Positions 14,036-25,800 of a stretch of 64,000 nucleotides of DNA are shown here, in pieces (within the stretch, counting starts at the first letter, position 1; every line of letters starts with the position of its first letter). The position numbers and the translations under genes were made by a program. The notes beneath the pieces were generated by a model. The model had not been told where the DNA came from, ran no database searches, and saw only the letters and a program-made list of their open reading frames with translations. The DNA comes from Octopus sinensis (lineage: Eukaryota), in NCBI RefSeq assembly GCF_006345805.1, contig NC_043005.1, positions 16,926,001 through 16,990,000 of the forward strand. The letters run 5' to 3'.

Positions 14036-14500
14036 TATTTTCTTATTTCTTTATTGCCCACAAGGGGCTAAACACAGAGGGGACAAACAAGGACAGACAA
14101 AGGGATTAAGTCGATTACATCGACCCCAGTGCACAACTGGTACTTAACCCTTTAGTGTTCAGATTAATCTGTTAAATGTAATACTTTTTCCACTCAAATT
14201 ATTTTCAATTAATCATACATTATCTTACAGCTATGAAGTTTCAATGGTGTGATAATTTTTTCTTAGAATGTCAATGTAGGTTAGGTGTGAGGGGCTGGAT
14301 ATGGCCAGTTTGAATGTAAAACATGTAGGATATTTGGGCCGGATATGGCCGGCTTAAACACCAAAGGGTTAATTTATCGACCCCGAAAGGATGAAAGACA
14401 AAGTAGACCTCGGCGGAATTTGAACTCAGAACGTAACGGCAAACGAAATACCGCTAAGCATTTTGCCTAGCGTGCTAACGTTTCTGCCAGCTTGCCGCCT
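14036..14500 (-). mobile_element. SINE family 2 split by a MITE
   Basis: The two halves rejoin perfectly across the TTAA duplication. Confidence 0.88.
14148..14368 (+). mobile_element. piggyBac-type MITE family A inserted in a SINE
   Basis: CCCTTTAG...CAAAGGG ends with a TTAA duplication (14144-14147 and 14369-14372); it splits SINE family 2 at ggtacTTAAtttatcg. Confidence 0.85.
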
Positions 14501-15191
14501 TAATTTTATTTAAATTTATTTAATTTTATTTTCTGTGGAGCAGATTCTGTCTTCTTCTTATAGGCTCTCTCTTTAGTTAGCAGTGAGATACCCCAAAGAA
14601 TCTTTAAGAAATTTGCTTTTTATTACTCATTGTATAGTCAAGATTATGGAGTTAAATAGTTAGCTGTGTGATCTCGTGATTTTGGGGTTTGATCTCATTG
14701 GACTGTAATAGACAACCCTTGTACTAGGGTTGACTTGTAATTTGTGAATGAAAATAATGAGCAGAAATTGACAGCTTTAAGACAGAGGTGAGTAGCCTCT
14801 GACCTAATAATAGAACAGGTCTTGTAATTGCTGATCTTGTAGAATAGGGCAGGAATCTTCTGACATTCCTGGATATGCTGTGATGTAACTGTGACTCTGA
14901 CCATCCTGTCTTTTTACAGGCACAGTGTAGGGTTATGTTGTTTTTCTCCTGTTGAGGTAGTGGGGTATAGTTTGAGGGAGATGTGATTGCTATTTCTGGT
15001 AGGTCCAGCAACCAACATGAGAACCTGTTGTTTACTCTTTAATTACTATTTTTATAAAAGCTGGGGCAAAAAAACTCCCAAGGTCACGAGGCGCAGGTTT
15101 TGGAGAAAGAGGTCACTAATATAATGTTTATTGTTGCTTTGCAAGGAGAATAATAATAGTAATAATAATAATAATAGTAATAATAATAATA

Positions 15192-15222
<31 letters not shown>

Positions 15223-15824
15223 TAGGACAGATAGATAACAACACTTCTGCTGTATCTACCCTCTTTCTCTCTTTCATATCTTCTGTAGCTTTAAAGTCTA
15301 AACCACCTTGAACAGCCAACTTGTCTCTGTAAAGATTAATGCATTCTTTTTTTCATGATCTATTTTATCTCCTTCAAGAGACACAATCACAACTTGTGTC
15401 AGTGATGGTGGTGTCTTGTTTTGGTACTGGTGAGGTGGGGGTGAGATGGGGGTTAGTAAATGTTTTGAATAATTTAGGTGTGTCAACTAAAGACTTAGAA
15501 ATGTAAGTGAATGTAGCAGCAGCGGCAGTATTGTTTCAGTAACCTCTAGTTTTCCTGCCCACCACCGCCAACTGCAGCAAGAAGGCTTTCTCGACACTGA
15601 CAACAAAAGTAACAATAGCTCCTGTTGCTGTTGTTGCTGCAGCTGCGTTCTCACTATCAACACCATCAGCTTCAGCAGCAATACCACCACCTACTACTAC
15701 TGACAATATCTCCTTCAACACCACCAAACCCTTTGAGTGAACTGACAACAGCCATCAGCTCTGCAACAACATCCCCAGTAACAGTGATCCCAGCCCACTT
15801 ACATCGCTACTAAGGTCAGCTGCT

Positions 15825-15995
15825 ATTGACCATCATAGCCTGCTGAAAACCCTGGGTTTTAGTTATCTCTTGCAGAATAAACTCTGAAGTCGAGCAAGAC
15901 GGAGCCTAATTAGTACTTAGATGGGTAACTATTTGAGAAAACCTAGCTAGAAATAGTAACCAGAATTTCCTCAAATCACATCCTACACTTTTTAA
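15825..15995 (+). pseudogene. 5S rRNA-derived sequence (5S pseudogene or SINE3-type head) joined to a dispersed repeat body
   Basis: ctctgaagtcgagcaagacggagcctaattagtacttagatgggtaac aligns by eye to the 5S internal control region ctcggaagctaagcagggtcgggcctggttagtacttggatgggagac. Confidence 0.65.
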
Positions 15996-16007
15996 GTAAA
16001 TGGATAT

Positions 16008-17133
16008 ACTCTTTTACTTGTTTCAGTCATTTGACTGCGGCCATGCTGGAGCACCACCTTTAGTTGAGCAAATCGACCCCGGGACTTATTCTTTGTAAGC
16101 CCAGTACTTATTCTATCAGTCTCTTTTGCCGAACCGCTAAGTGACGGGGACGTAAACACACCGGCATCAGTTGTCAAGCAATGCTAGGGAGACAAACACA
16201 GACACACAAACATACATGCACATACATATATATACATATATACGACGGGCTTCTTTCAGTTTCCGTCTACCAAATCCACTCTCAAGGCTCTGGTCGGCCC
16301 GAGGCTATAGTAGAAGACACTTGCCCAAGGTGCCACGCAGTGGGACTGAACCTGGAACCATGTGGTTGGTAAACAAGCTACTTACCACACAGCCAATCCT
16401 GCACCTGTTAATATATCCCAGATAAATTCTGCATGAATAAAACAGATTGGTTGTAGCTGGACTCTCTTTGATCAAGATCAGCCTGGGGTCAAATAACTAC
16501 AAACATATTGGTGTTATTTCTGACAATATCTGTTTACAAGTATTGAATGTCTTTCTCTCGCTATTCATGTATTGCTATCTCTGTTGTCTATTTCTGTCTC
16601 CTTCTTCCTCCCTCACCTGTCTATCACCAGCTCTCTGTCAGTTATATTTTTAAATCCTATTTTGAGTTGAGGTAAATTTAATCTGAGTACACTGACCTGT
16701 CATAAACCCCCCAACTTGTCACACACTGAGAATAATTTGTCTCGCTCCTGTCCGGGTCACAAACAAATGTTAAGTTCTCCTCTGAACACAACTCTTTGAA
16801 AGTTGTGTTTATTAAAATATCATTTAAAATGAAGGCAGAATTAGAATTATAAAATCTTTTTAACTTTCATCTTGCCTTTACTCTCGTTTACTTGAAATAG
16901 TAACCAGAATTTCCTCAAATCACATCCTACATTTTTTAAGTAAATGGATATACTCTTTTACTTGTTTCAGTCATTTGACTGCGGCCATGCTGGAGCGCTG
17001 CCTTTAGTTGAGCAAATCGACCCCAGGACTTATTCTTTGTAAGCCTAGTACTTATTCTATTGGTCTCTTTTGCCAAACTGCTAAGTTACGGGGACGTAAA
17101 CACACCATCGGTCGTCAAGCAATGTTGGGGGGA

Positions 17134-17183
<50 letters not shown>

Positions 17184-17344
17184 CATATATACAACAGGCT
17201 TCTTTCAGTTTCCGTCTATCAAATCCACTCACAAGGCTTTGGTCGGCCCGAGGCTATAGTAGAAGACACTTGCCCAAGGTGCCACGCAGTGGGACTGAAC
17301 CCGGAACCATGTGGTTGGTAAGCAAGCTACTTACCACTCAGCCA
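16008..17344 (-). mobile_element. Two SINE family 1 copies (16008-16395 and 16959-17344) sharing the same upstream flank
   Basis: Both are preceded by gaaatagtaaccagaatttcctcaaatcacatcctac...aagtaaatggata. Confidence 0.88.
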
Positions 17345-17513
17345 ATTTTTATCAAATTCACTGATGTAAATTACGCATGCTGATAATGAAAATCACATTC
17401 ATTTTAAAAGAAATTACAAGTTATGTAATTTTCAGCCTTTATGAAGCTTCAGTTTGTTGAATTGTATTTCAAGAATCCTTTGGGTCAGGATTTATTAGTT
17501 TTCAGAGCACTGA

Positions 17514-17724
17514 CCTTTCAATGTTCAGATTATTCTGTCAAACGTAATGCTTATTGATTCACATTGTTTTGAATTAATCAAGCATTATCTCATATCCTAG
17601 AGATTTCAATGATGTGATTGTTTAATGCAGAATAACATTGTAGGGTAGGAGGATCTGGTTAGGGTTGAACATAAAACAGATGGAATATTTTGGCCCGGAT
17701 ATGGCTGGTTTAAATGCTAAAGGG
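17514..17724 (+). mobile_element. piggyBac-type MITE family A
   Basis: Same body; right end ctaaaggg-TTAA, left end decayed. Confidence 0.75.
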
Positions 17725-17866
17725 TTAAAAAGATAAGTAAATCTCTCCTTTATAAAACATTGATTTTAAGCCAGGAAATTTTCTCGCAGAGAATTGAATG
17801 AAGTACAACAGACTTGGCATGGTAAACAGTTACACAATTCTACTTTGGTATTACATAGGTATTACA

Positions 17867-18100
17867 AAGGTGGCGAGCTGGCAGAAGCGTTAGCACGCCG
17901 GGCGAAATGCTTTGCGGTATTTCGTCTGCCGTTACGTTGTGAGTTCAAATTCCGGCGAGGTCGACTTTGCCTTTCATCCTTTCGGGGTCGATAAATTAAG
18001 TACCAGTTAGGCACAGGGGTCGATGTAATCGACTTAATACCTATGTCTGTCTTTGTTTGTCCCCTCTATGTTTAGCCCCTTGTGGGTAATAAAGAAATAG
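17867..18100 (+). mobile_element. SINE family 2
   Basis: Full-length copy. Confidence 0.9.
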
Positions 18101-18389
18101 GTATTACATAGAGCTAGGATTCTACAAAGGAGCCTCTACATGGTTGCTTTCCCTGCAAGAAGTACCAAGCAAAAATACATTGTGTATGTTATAGTATTAG
18201 ATAGATTGTCTGAACGTTATGATGGGAATCATTGGGCTTGACACCTAGATCAGGGATGACCTTAAGGTGGGATGAAAGTGTATATTACTGACAGACATAG
18301 AGCTAAGGTTGGCTCAGAATAGATAAGAATATCTGACAATTAGATTTCAATTACTATGTCTCTCACTATGTAACCATACTGTGTGTATA

Positions 18390-18850
18390 AATGTGTATGC
18401 GTGTGTATATGTGTGTGTAGATATGTGTATATATATATGTGTGTATGTGTGTGTGTATGTATAAATGCTTGTGTGTGTGTATGTATAAATGCTTGTGTGT
18501 GTGTGTATGTATAAATGCTTGTGTGTGTGTGTGTATGTATAAATGCTTGTGTGTGTGTGTATAAATGCTTGTGTGTGTGTGTATGTATAAATGCTTGTGT
18601 GTGTGTGTATGTATAAATGCTTGTGTGTGTGTGTATGTATAAATGCTTGTGTGTGTGTGTATGTATAAATGCATGTGTGTGTATGTATAAATGTTTGTGT
18701 GTGTGTATATATAATGCTTGTGTGTGTATATGTGTGTATATATGTGTGTGTGTGTATATATAATGCTTGTGTGTGTATATTTGTGTATATATATATATGT
18801 ATCTGAGTGTGTGTGTGTGTGTGTATGTATATATATATATATATATATAA
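18390..18850. repeat. Minisatellite of about 20-24-bp units (gtgtgtatgtataaatgctt)
   Basis: Read directly from the sequence. Confidence 0.9.
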
Positions 18851-19348
18851 TCTCGAGTAAAATGGTTGCTATAGTTGTATAAACAAACATGGTGTGCTGT
18901 TATTTAAGCCTGACATTCATTGTATGAAACAAAGGTTATTTAAATATTCTTCAACTCAGCCATATGCACACTTACTCACTTGTACACAAGCACAGGCAAG
19001 CAGACAAGAGTTAATCTATTGGATAGGAATATTAGACTCAGGTTTGCAATTTTACAATGAAAATCATGCAGTTCTGTAATGAATAGATACATTAGAGTGA
19101 ACAAATTTTAGAATCAAGATTAGAAATTTATTCAGAAATTATGCGTTTTCAGATCTCGTCTAAAAATGTCATAAATACAGATAGTGTGAAATCAATATTT
19201 CTTTCATGAAATATAAAGTCAGCTTTGCTGAATAGAACATAGGAATTGTCAATCATTGAACATGTGTAACCTGTTGTGGTGAATTAGATTAATTAAATTA
19301 GATTAATCTTAATTTTTACATGTATTTTTTTTCACCTGCTTGCATTAA

Positions 19349-19569
19349 CCCTTTAGTGCTCGCATTATTCAGCCAAAATTAATGCTTTTTCATCCACTTT
19401 GTTTTGGATTAATCATGCCTTATCTTGGAGCTATGAGATTTTGATGAAGTAGCTGTTAATTTTTAAAACGATATTGTAGGGTTGGCGTGAGAGACCAGAT
19501 CTGGCCAGTTTGAACATAAAACAGGCAGAATACTTTTGGCCGGATATGGCCGGTTCAAATGCTAAAGGG
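19349..19569 (+). mobile_element. piggyBac-type MITE family A
   Basis: TTAA-ccctttag ... ctaaaggg-TTAA. Confidence 0.85.
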
Positions 19570-20606
19570 TTAAGTTGTAATCGTTTCCAGCTTTTTTGTT
19601 GGATTCAACTCCTTGAGATCGACCCTTACCACCTCTTTCCATAGCTTTCTCTTCCACAGAATCCTCCAGTTTGGATTATTACTTGGCACTACTTTACTCA
19701 ACTGTTATTATCCTCCACGTGCATCACATGACCATAGCAGTGTAGTCTCTTCTCTTAACACACTAGATCTGATTTCTTTTGTACTCAGTTCTTTACTCAA
19801 CTCATCTGCGTTCTGTCATTCATCTACACTAAAATTACACATCCAACAGTGTGAGCCCTCCTCACTCCTCTCTGGTCATCACACATCCTTCTCATGAAGT
19901 GCTCATGTTTTGCTATCCTGTAACATTGTAGTTTCTGAGATCATCTCTCTGTATAAGGAAGGAAGTCCTACCCTTATCAGATGGCTGTTTCTCTTGTTCA
20001 GGTAGGGTATAAACCTGGGGCCCGGTAGTAATGAGACTGACTCTATTGTATTACACAGAGAGAGTATTATCAGAATTGAAGATCAGACTACTGAGCTAAT
20101 GGTGGCTGGGTATACAGGACTTACAGCAAGTGGTGTGTGAGGGTAATGCTCACATGCGATTTCTACAGATGTATTTGCAATGTTTATTTATTAAATAAAA
20201 AACTGCTCATCTCTTCCAGCATTTTACATTTCTAAATATTTCATTAGCAAACCATCTTCCTTGTGCTTGCAGTTTAATAAGAAACTGTAACATCTTTATC
20301 TGATTAAATCCCTTAAACCGATTCCAGTCAATGATAAATGTTATAAAATAAAATAAGTATATTTATAATATAAAAAAAATTACATGGAATCTTTAAAAAT
20401 TCATAAAAATAATCGTAAAACCAGTATTTAATAGAATTATTGGTTTTATAATTATTTTATGGTACTGTTTAAACTTTTAGTTACATATTTTTGCTGAAGT
20501 ATGCTGCCTTAGATAAGAATTAAAATTATTTTGCAGTTGTTAAGCAGGTGTTTGGAACACAAATTAATGTGAAATTTTGATGGGAGGTTTTTATTTATAT
20601 CATTAA

Positions 20607-20873
20607 CCCTTTAGCATTCAGATTACTCTGTCAAATGTAATGCTTATTTATTCATATTCTCTGAAATTGATAATGCCCCATCTTATAACTTCATGGTTTC
20701 AATGATATGACTGTTTATTTTTAGAATGACATTCTTAGGTAGGTGTGAAGCACCAGATCTAGCCAGTTTGAACACAAAAATCAGGTAGAATATTTTGACT
20801 GGACACAGTCAGTTTGAACATAAAATTGGTAGAAAATTTGGGGCTGGATATGGCTGGTTGATATGCTAAAGAG
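20607..20873 (+). mobile_element. piggyBac-type MITE family A with an internal duplication
   Basis: TTAA-ccctttag ... ctaaagag-TTAA; the agtttgaaca...ggtagaa segment is duplicated. Confidence 0.8.
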
Positions 20874-21062
20874 TTAAAGTTTTACCTTTGAAACATCTGG
20901 TAAAAGACACCTGAAATATTTGTTTTGTAAGTCACCTTGCTTACAAAGTTTAATTTCCATTACTGTGTTTATGACCATCTTTCATTATATGTGTATTATA
21001 TATGTATGTATGTATGTATGTATGTAACACATGATATAATTATATCTGTTTTTGTTCTTTAG

Positions 21063-21212
21063 AAACCATCATTTTCCAATTACGACTGAGACCACAAGAT
21101 GACAGAAAGAAAGAACGCATTCGTGCCGTGTCGCACAATGACTTGCGCCATCGTGATCATTCTCCAGAGTCATCTCAGTACCAGTTGCCATACCTTGTTG
21201 AAATTCATCCTG
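21063..21212 (+). CDS. AFDN: Afadin exon (end of RA2 and linker): TIIFQLRLRPQDD...LPYLVEIHP
   Basis: ttctttag acceptor, g/gtatta donor, phase 1/1; similar to vertebrate xFQLKRRP...LPYLVEL. Confidence 0.9.
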
Positions 21213-22824
21213 GTATTAACTTTTTTCTTTCTCTTTATTTTATTTACTTTATTGTCCCTCTTTTTTTTTTCCCCCTCCTCTCCCCGCTTCCCATTTGAGA
21301 TGAAATGTCAAGTCTGGCAGAAACCTTTGCTCTCTCCCCGCCTCCAACCTTTCATGATAAAACTATATCTGCTGGATGTGAATGAAATTTCACTGGTTTA
21401 TTGGGCTTACTTTGATACAAAATTTATTACCCTATCTTTTTTTTTTTTATCAAATTTATTTTGTTTATTTTTGTTGGGCTGACTGATGGCATAAATGTTT
21501 ATAACGGAGCCCTATATGTCAACATTACAAAGCAAGATGATTTGTCTGTAGGCCATTTGAAGAACAATAGTTGAAATGATGCCAAAATACCAAAGATAAA
21601 GTGGGTGTGTGGGACAGTATCCATTGACATCAGCATCAGTAAACCTGTATAATTACTAATTGATGCTTCAGTTTTTTTTCTTTCTAAGTAGTGATGGTGG
21701 TGGTGGTAGTAGTGGGTGGGGTTTCATTCTGGAATTATTTGAGGTAGGGTTTGTTAGTGAAAAAGAAAAGATACTCTTAAAGAACGAAGTAATAATGTTA
21801 AAGCAGAATCTAACAATGGAGTAGTTGATCCGACTAAACTAGGTCTGATTCTGAATGTAACTTAAATGAAACAATTCTAAGAATAATATGAAAAGTAACA
21901 ATAAAAAAAAAAAAAATTATGGTAAAAAAAAAAACAAAAAAAAAATCAATGCTTGAGTATGTTCCAGACACGAACTGTCTGGCATTATGGTCTCAGAACT
22001 ATAATGTTATTTTTCTCATTATCTGCACCAGATTTTTAAAGTAGTAAACTTCAAACCATCCTCTTGCATTTTTATCATTTTTATTTTTGTATTTTGACTT
22101 TTTTTTTTTAGTTCCACTATCGGCTTTCTTCAATTGGAACCATTTTATAGAAACCAATTCTAGCGTGTCTGATTTCATATTGATCACACACAGTCAGTTG
22201 TGTGCCATGCAGTATGTCTGAGATTATTTAGGAGATCAACTGCTGTATAGCTGCTAAATGGTTTTATATAGTTAGATTATATTTCACTGAGTCTAGACAT
22301 TTTTTGTGTTGACAGAAATAGTTTAACATTAAATGGAATCAACTTTACCTTTTTATCCATCCAAAGATAAGAAAGCAAACATGCTTGGATCAGTTCACTG
22401 GACTCTTATCCATTTCTACAAATTTCCTTTTACCCCTAGAAATATGCGATTATTTCCTTAAATCTCTTCACATTCACAGTCCATATCCCACCAATTCTTT
22501 GTTTACTTCTTTGTCATTAGATTGCAACCATGCTGGGGCAACACATTGAAGGGTTTACTTGAGTGGTTCTCAACCATTTTTTGCTCTTTGATTCCTATTT
22601 TTACTCTCCTGGACTTAGATAAACCCAGTCCATGTTTAAAAAATTCCTATTGAATTTTTATTAAATATGAGTGGCTGTGTGGTAAGTAGCTTGCTTACCA
22701 ACCACTTGGTTCCAGGTTCAGTCCCACTGCATGGCACCTTGGGCAAGTGTCTTCTGCTATAGCCTCGGGCTGACCAAAGCCTTGTGATTGGATTTGGTAG
22801 ACGGAAACTGAAAGAAGCCCGTCG

Positions 22825-22865
<41 letters not shown>

Positions 22866-25800
22866 CTATGTTTGTCCCCCCAACATCGCTTGACAACCAA
22901 TGCTGGTGTGTTTGCGTCCCCGTAACTTAGCGGTTTGACAAAAGAGACTGATAGAATAAGTAGTAGGCTTACAAAGAATAAGTCCTGGGGTTGATTTGCT
23001 CAACTAAAGGCAGTGCTCCAGCATGGCCACAGTCATATGACTGAAACAAGTAAAAGAGTAAAAGAGAAAATATCATTTGTATAAAAAAAAATACTTGTCA
23101 AAACAATTTGTGTATTGTCAAAGCATAATTGATTTATTGCTCATAAATTGAAGCAACAAAATCTTATATGGACCCTGGTTGAGCCAAACCAGGAACCATG
23201 TGGTTGGTAAGTAACTTCTTACCACACACCCACATGTCCCTTTACATTCTGAATCAAAATCTTGTAGATATTTACTTCGCCTTTTCAACCTTTTAAACTT
23301 GATAATATTAAGAGAATTACTAGAACTTAATTTGATATGTGTTCTCTCCTCTATAATGTGTGACCTTGTATGGGCGTAAAAAAAAAAAAGGTCATTGTTA
23401 GTCTTGTGTTACAGAGAAAAGTGTCTTGCTCCACAATATGAACATTAATACTCTCCAAGAAACCATTTATTTTAGAGAATAATTTTTTTTGTTTTTTAAT
23501 TACTGCTTTATGAAATCATTGCATATGAAGATCGTGTTCAAGTAACATTCTTCTTAGCAGTTTAGTTTGTTTTAGTCTGACTGTAGCCATGCTGGAGCAC
23601 AGTCATTGCAGTGTTTGTAAATTTAAACTAAAGCCTTTTAATGTAACTAAATGTTCATATTTGAATATTCTTTAAGTATAGAATAACAGTTTTATTTTGT
23701 TGCAAATAGTTGCACAATTTTCTCTGAAATTATGTTTATAAAATGTATTGTGTTGTATATATAAAAATAGGACAAATTTAAAATAGATTGAAAATGTAAA
23801 AAAATGATTTAATAATTTTAAATGCAATTTGAATGAACCATGCAATTTAGCATATTTAATAAAAATCCATCGGAATTTTTTAAACATGGACTGGGCTTAT
23901 CTTAGTCCAGGAGAGTAAAAATAGGAATCAAAGAGCAAAAAAAGAATGTAAAGGGACATACTCCCTACCCTCACTTCTCTGTTCTGTTAGGATGGAGATA
24001 AGTTATGAGAGGTGCTGAAAAGTTCCCGACTTTAAGGGTATCATGAAAGGCCTGGTTGGAGGTCCAACCTGAGTTCTTTTAGAGGGTTTAGAAAAACTGA
24101 AGGACCACTGCAGTAAGTGTGTGAATCTGAGAGGGGAATATGTTGAATACAATCATAATTAACTGATCCTCCTGTAGTTTCTTTTACCCAAAGCCAGTAA
24201 CTTTTCAGTACCCCTTCTTAACCGAATACCAAAATATATTTGGGATAAACTGTGGATAGGGGAGTGAAGAAACTGAAATTTTGATTTCTTTGACTGCTTG
24301 GTCATGAGTTCAAAACTTACCCCTACACCTATTGTGTTGTAACCCCGTACCACTTACATAACACTCTCTAACATAAAATTAGTGTTGCTCACTAACATGA
24401 AACAGGTTCTACATCAGGTTGGAAGGACATCCAACTTAAAGCAATTGCTTCCAGCACAAAATTTTACACCAGGTAGAGGCCACGGGTTATGGTCTCACTA
24501 GTCTTGCCGGGTCTTCTCACGCACAGCATACTTCCATAGGTCTCGGTCTCTAGTCATTTCCTTGGTGAGACCTAAAGTTCGAAGGTCGTGCTTCACCACC
24601 TCGTCCCAGGTTTTCCTGGGTCTACCTTCAATTTTACGCCATTGAAGTGTGGTGGTGGGGAATGGGATAAAGGGTATAAAATAGTAAAAATAATGATATT
24701 ATAGTGATGCTGAGATAATATATCTTTGTTTTTCTCTACAGGAATGGATGAAATGGATGGTAGACGTCACCATTTGCAGCTGAATGTTACTGAAGTTGGC
24801 AGTGAGAAACCAACGTCTGAGAGTGGACAATACCTTCAGGTTAGTCTCGTTATTCTTTTGATTTAAAACTTGTAATCACTAAATATATAAGATGAATTAT
24901 TTACACCCAGTGTAAATAAGTGGGTATCATCATCATCATTGTATGTAACTCTGAGATTTATGCCTGTGGTAATTAAATGTTAAGATTTCATTACGACCAC
25001 ACTTGGAATTCGCATCATCAGTTTGAAACCCCTATCTTGCTCAGAACATTGACCTCCTGGAATCTGTTCAGAGACGTGCAACCAAACGCATACCCTCCAT
25101 CAGACACCTACCATACTCTGAGCGCTTTGTTTCCCTGGGCATGGATTCACTGAAGCTCCGGCATCTGGCGACGGACTTGGTAAACACCCACAAAGTTATC
25201 AACCACCTCACCAATAACAACACTGAACACCTTTTTGATTTCCATGTGTCTAACACACGTAGACATGCCTACAAAGTCAGAAAACAACACAGCTCCCATG
25301 ACTTTCGGAAACATTTTTTCACGTTCAGAGTTGCTGAAGCATGGAACAAACTGCCTGCGTCAGTTTTTGACTGCCATGACACTGCATCCTTTAAGGCCCT
25401 CATGCTTTCCGAAATCTGCCGAAACTACACCTGATTATATATACACTTTAGATGAGTTGTAGTGCACCTGAGCACTGTACACAATGTTTTTTTTTATTAT
25501 ATTATTATTATATCACACTGTAAGATATTGAAGTGCAGAGGTGTTGATCCTAAGGTCAGGTATCTGAGTTGCAATCCTACTAAGGTTAATTTTACTTTTC
25601 ATTTCACTGTCTTTGAATTAAGTACCAGTAATGTGCTGGTTTCTGTTATATCTTTCACTTGTATTTGTGACCTTATCTATTTTGGAGAAAACAATATTAA
25701 TGATTTCTATGTTTTTCTGTGTAGTTATTTGGTCCAAACATTCATCCGTGTCACTGTGTGATTGCACACATGAATGGAAGCGTGACGGTGACACCAACTC

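Noticed and set aside
15500-15810. Ala/Thr/Gln-rich coding-looking segment
   Set aside because: Mosaic of CAG/CAC/CTA trinucleotide runs with stops and no splice-compatible frame or homology.
1-21062. Upstream afadin RA2 exon (expected ...DDDECPL.I... motif)
   Set aside because: Not found by eye; it probably lies before the window start.
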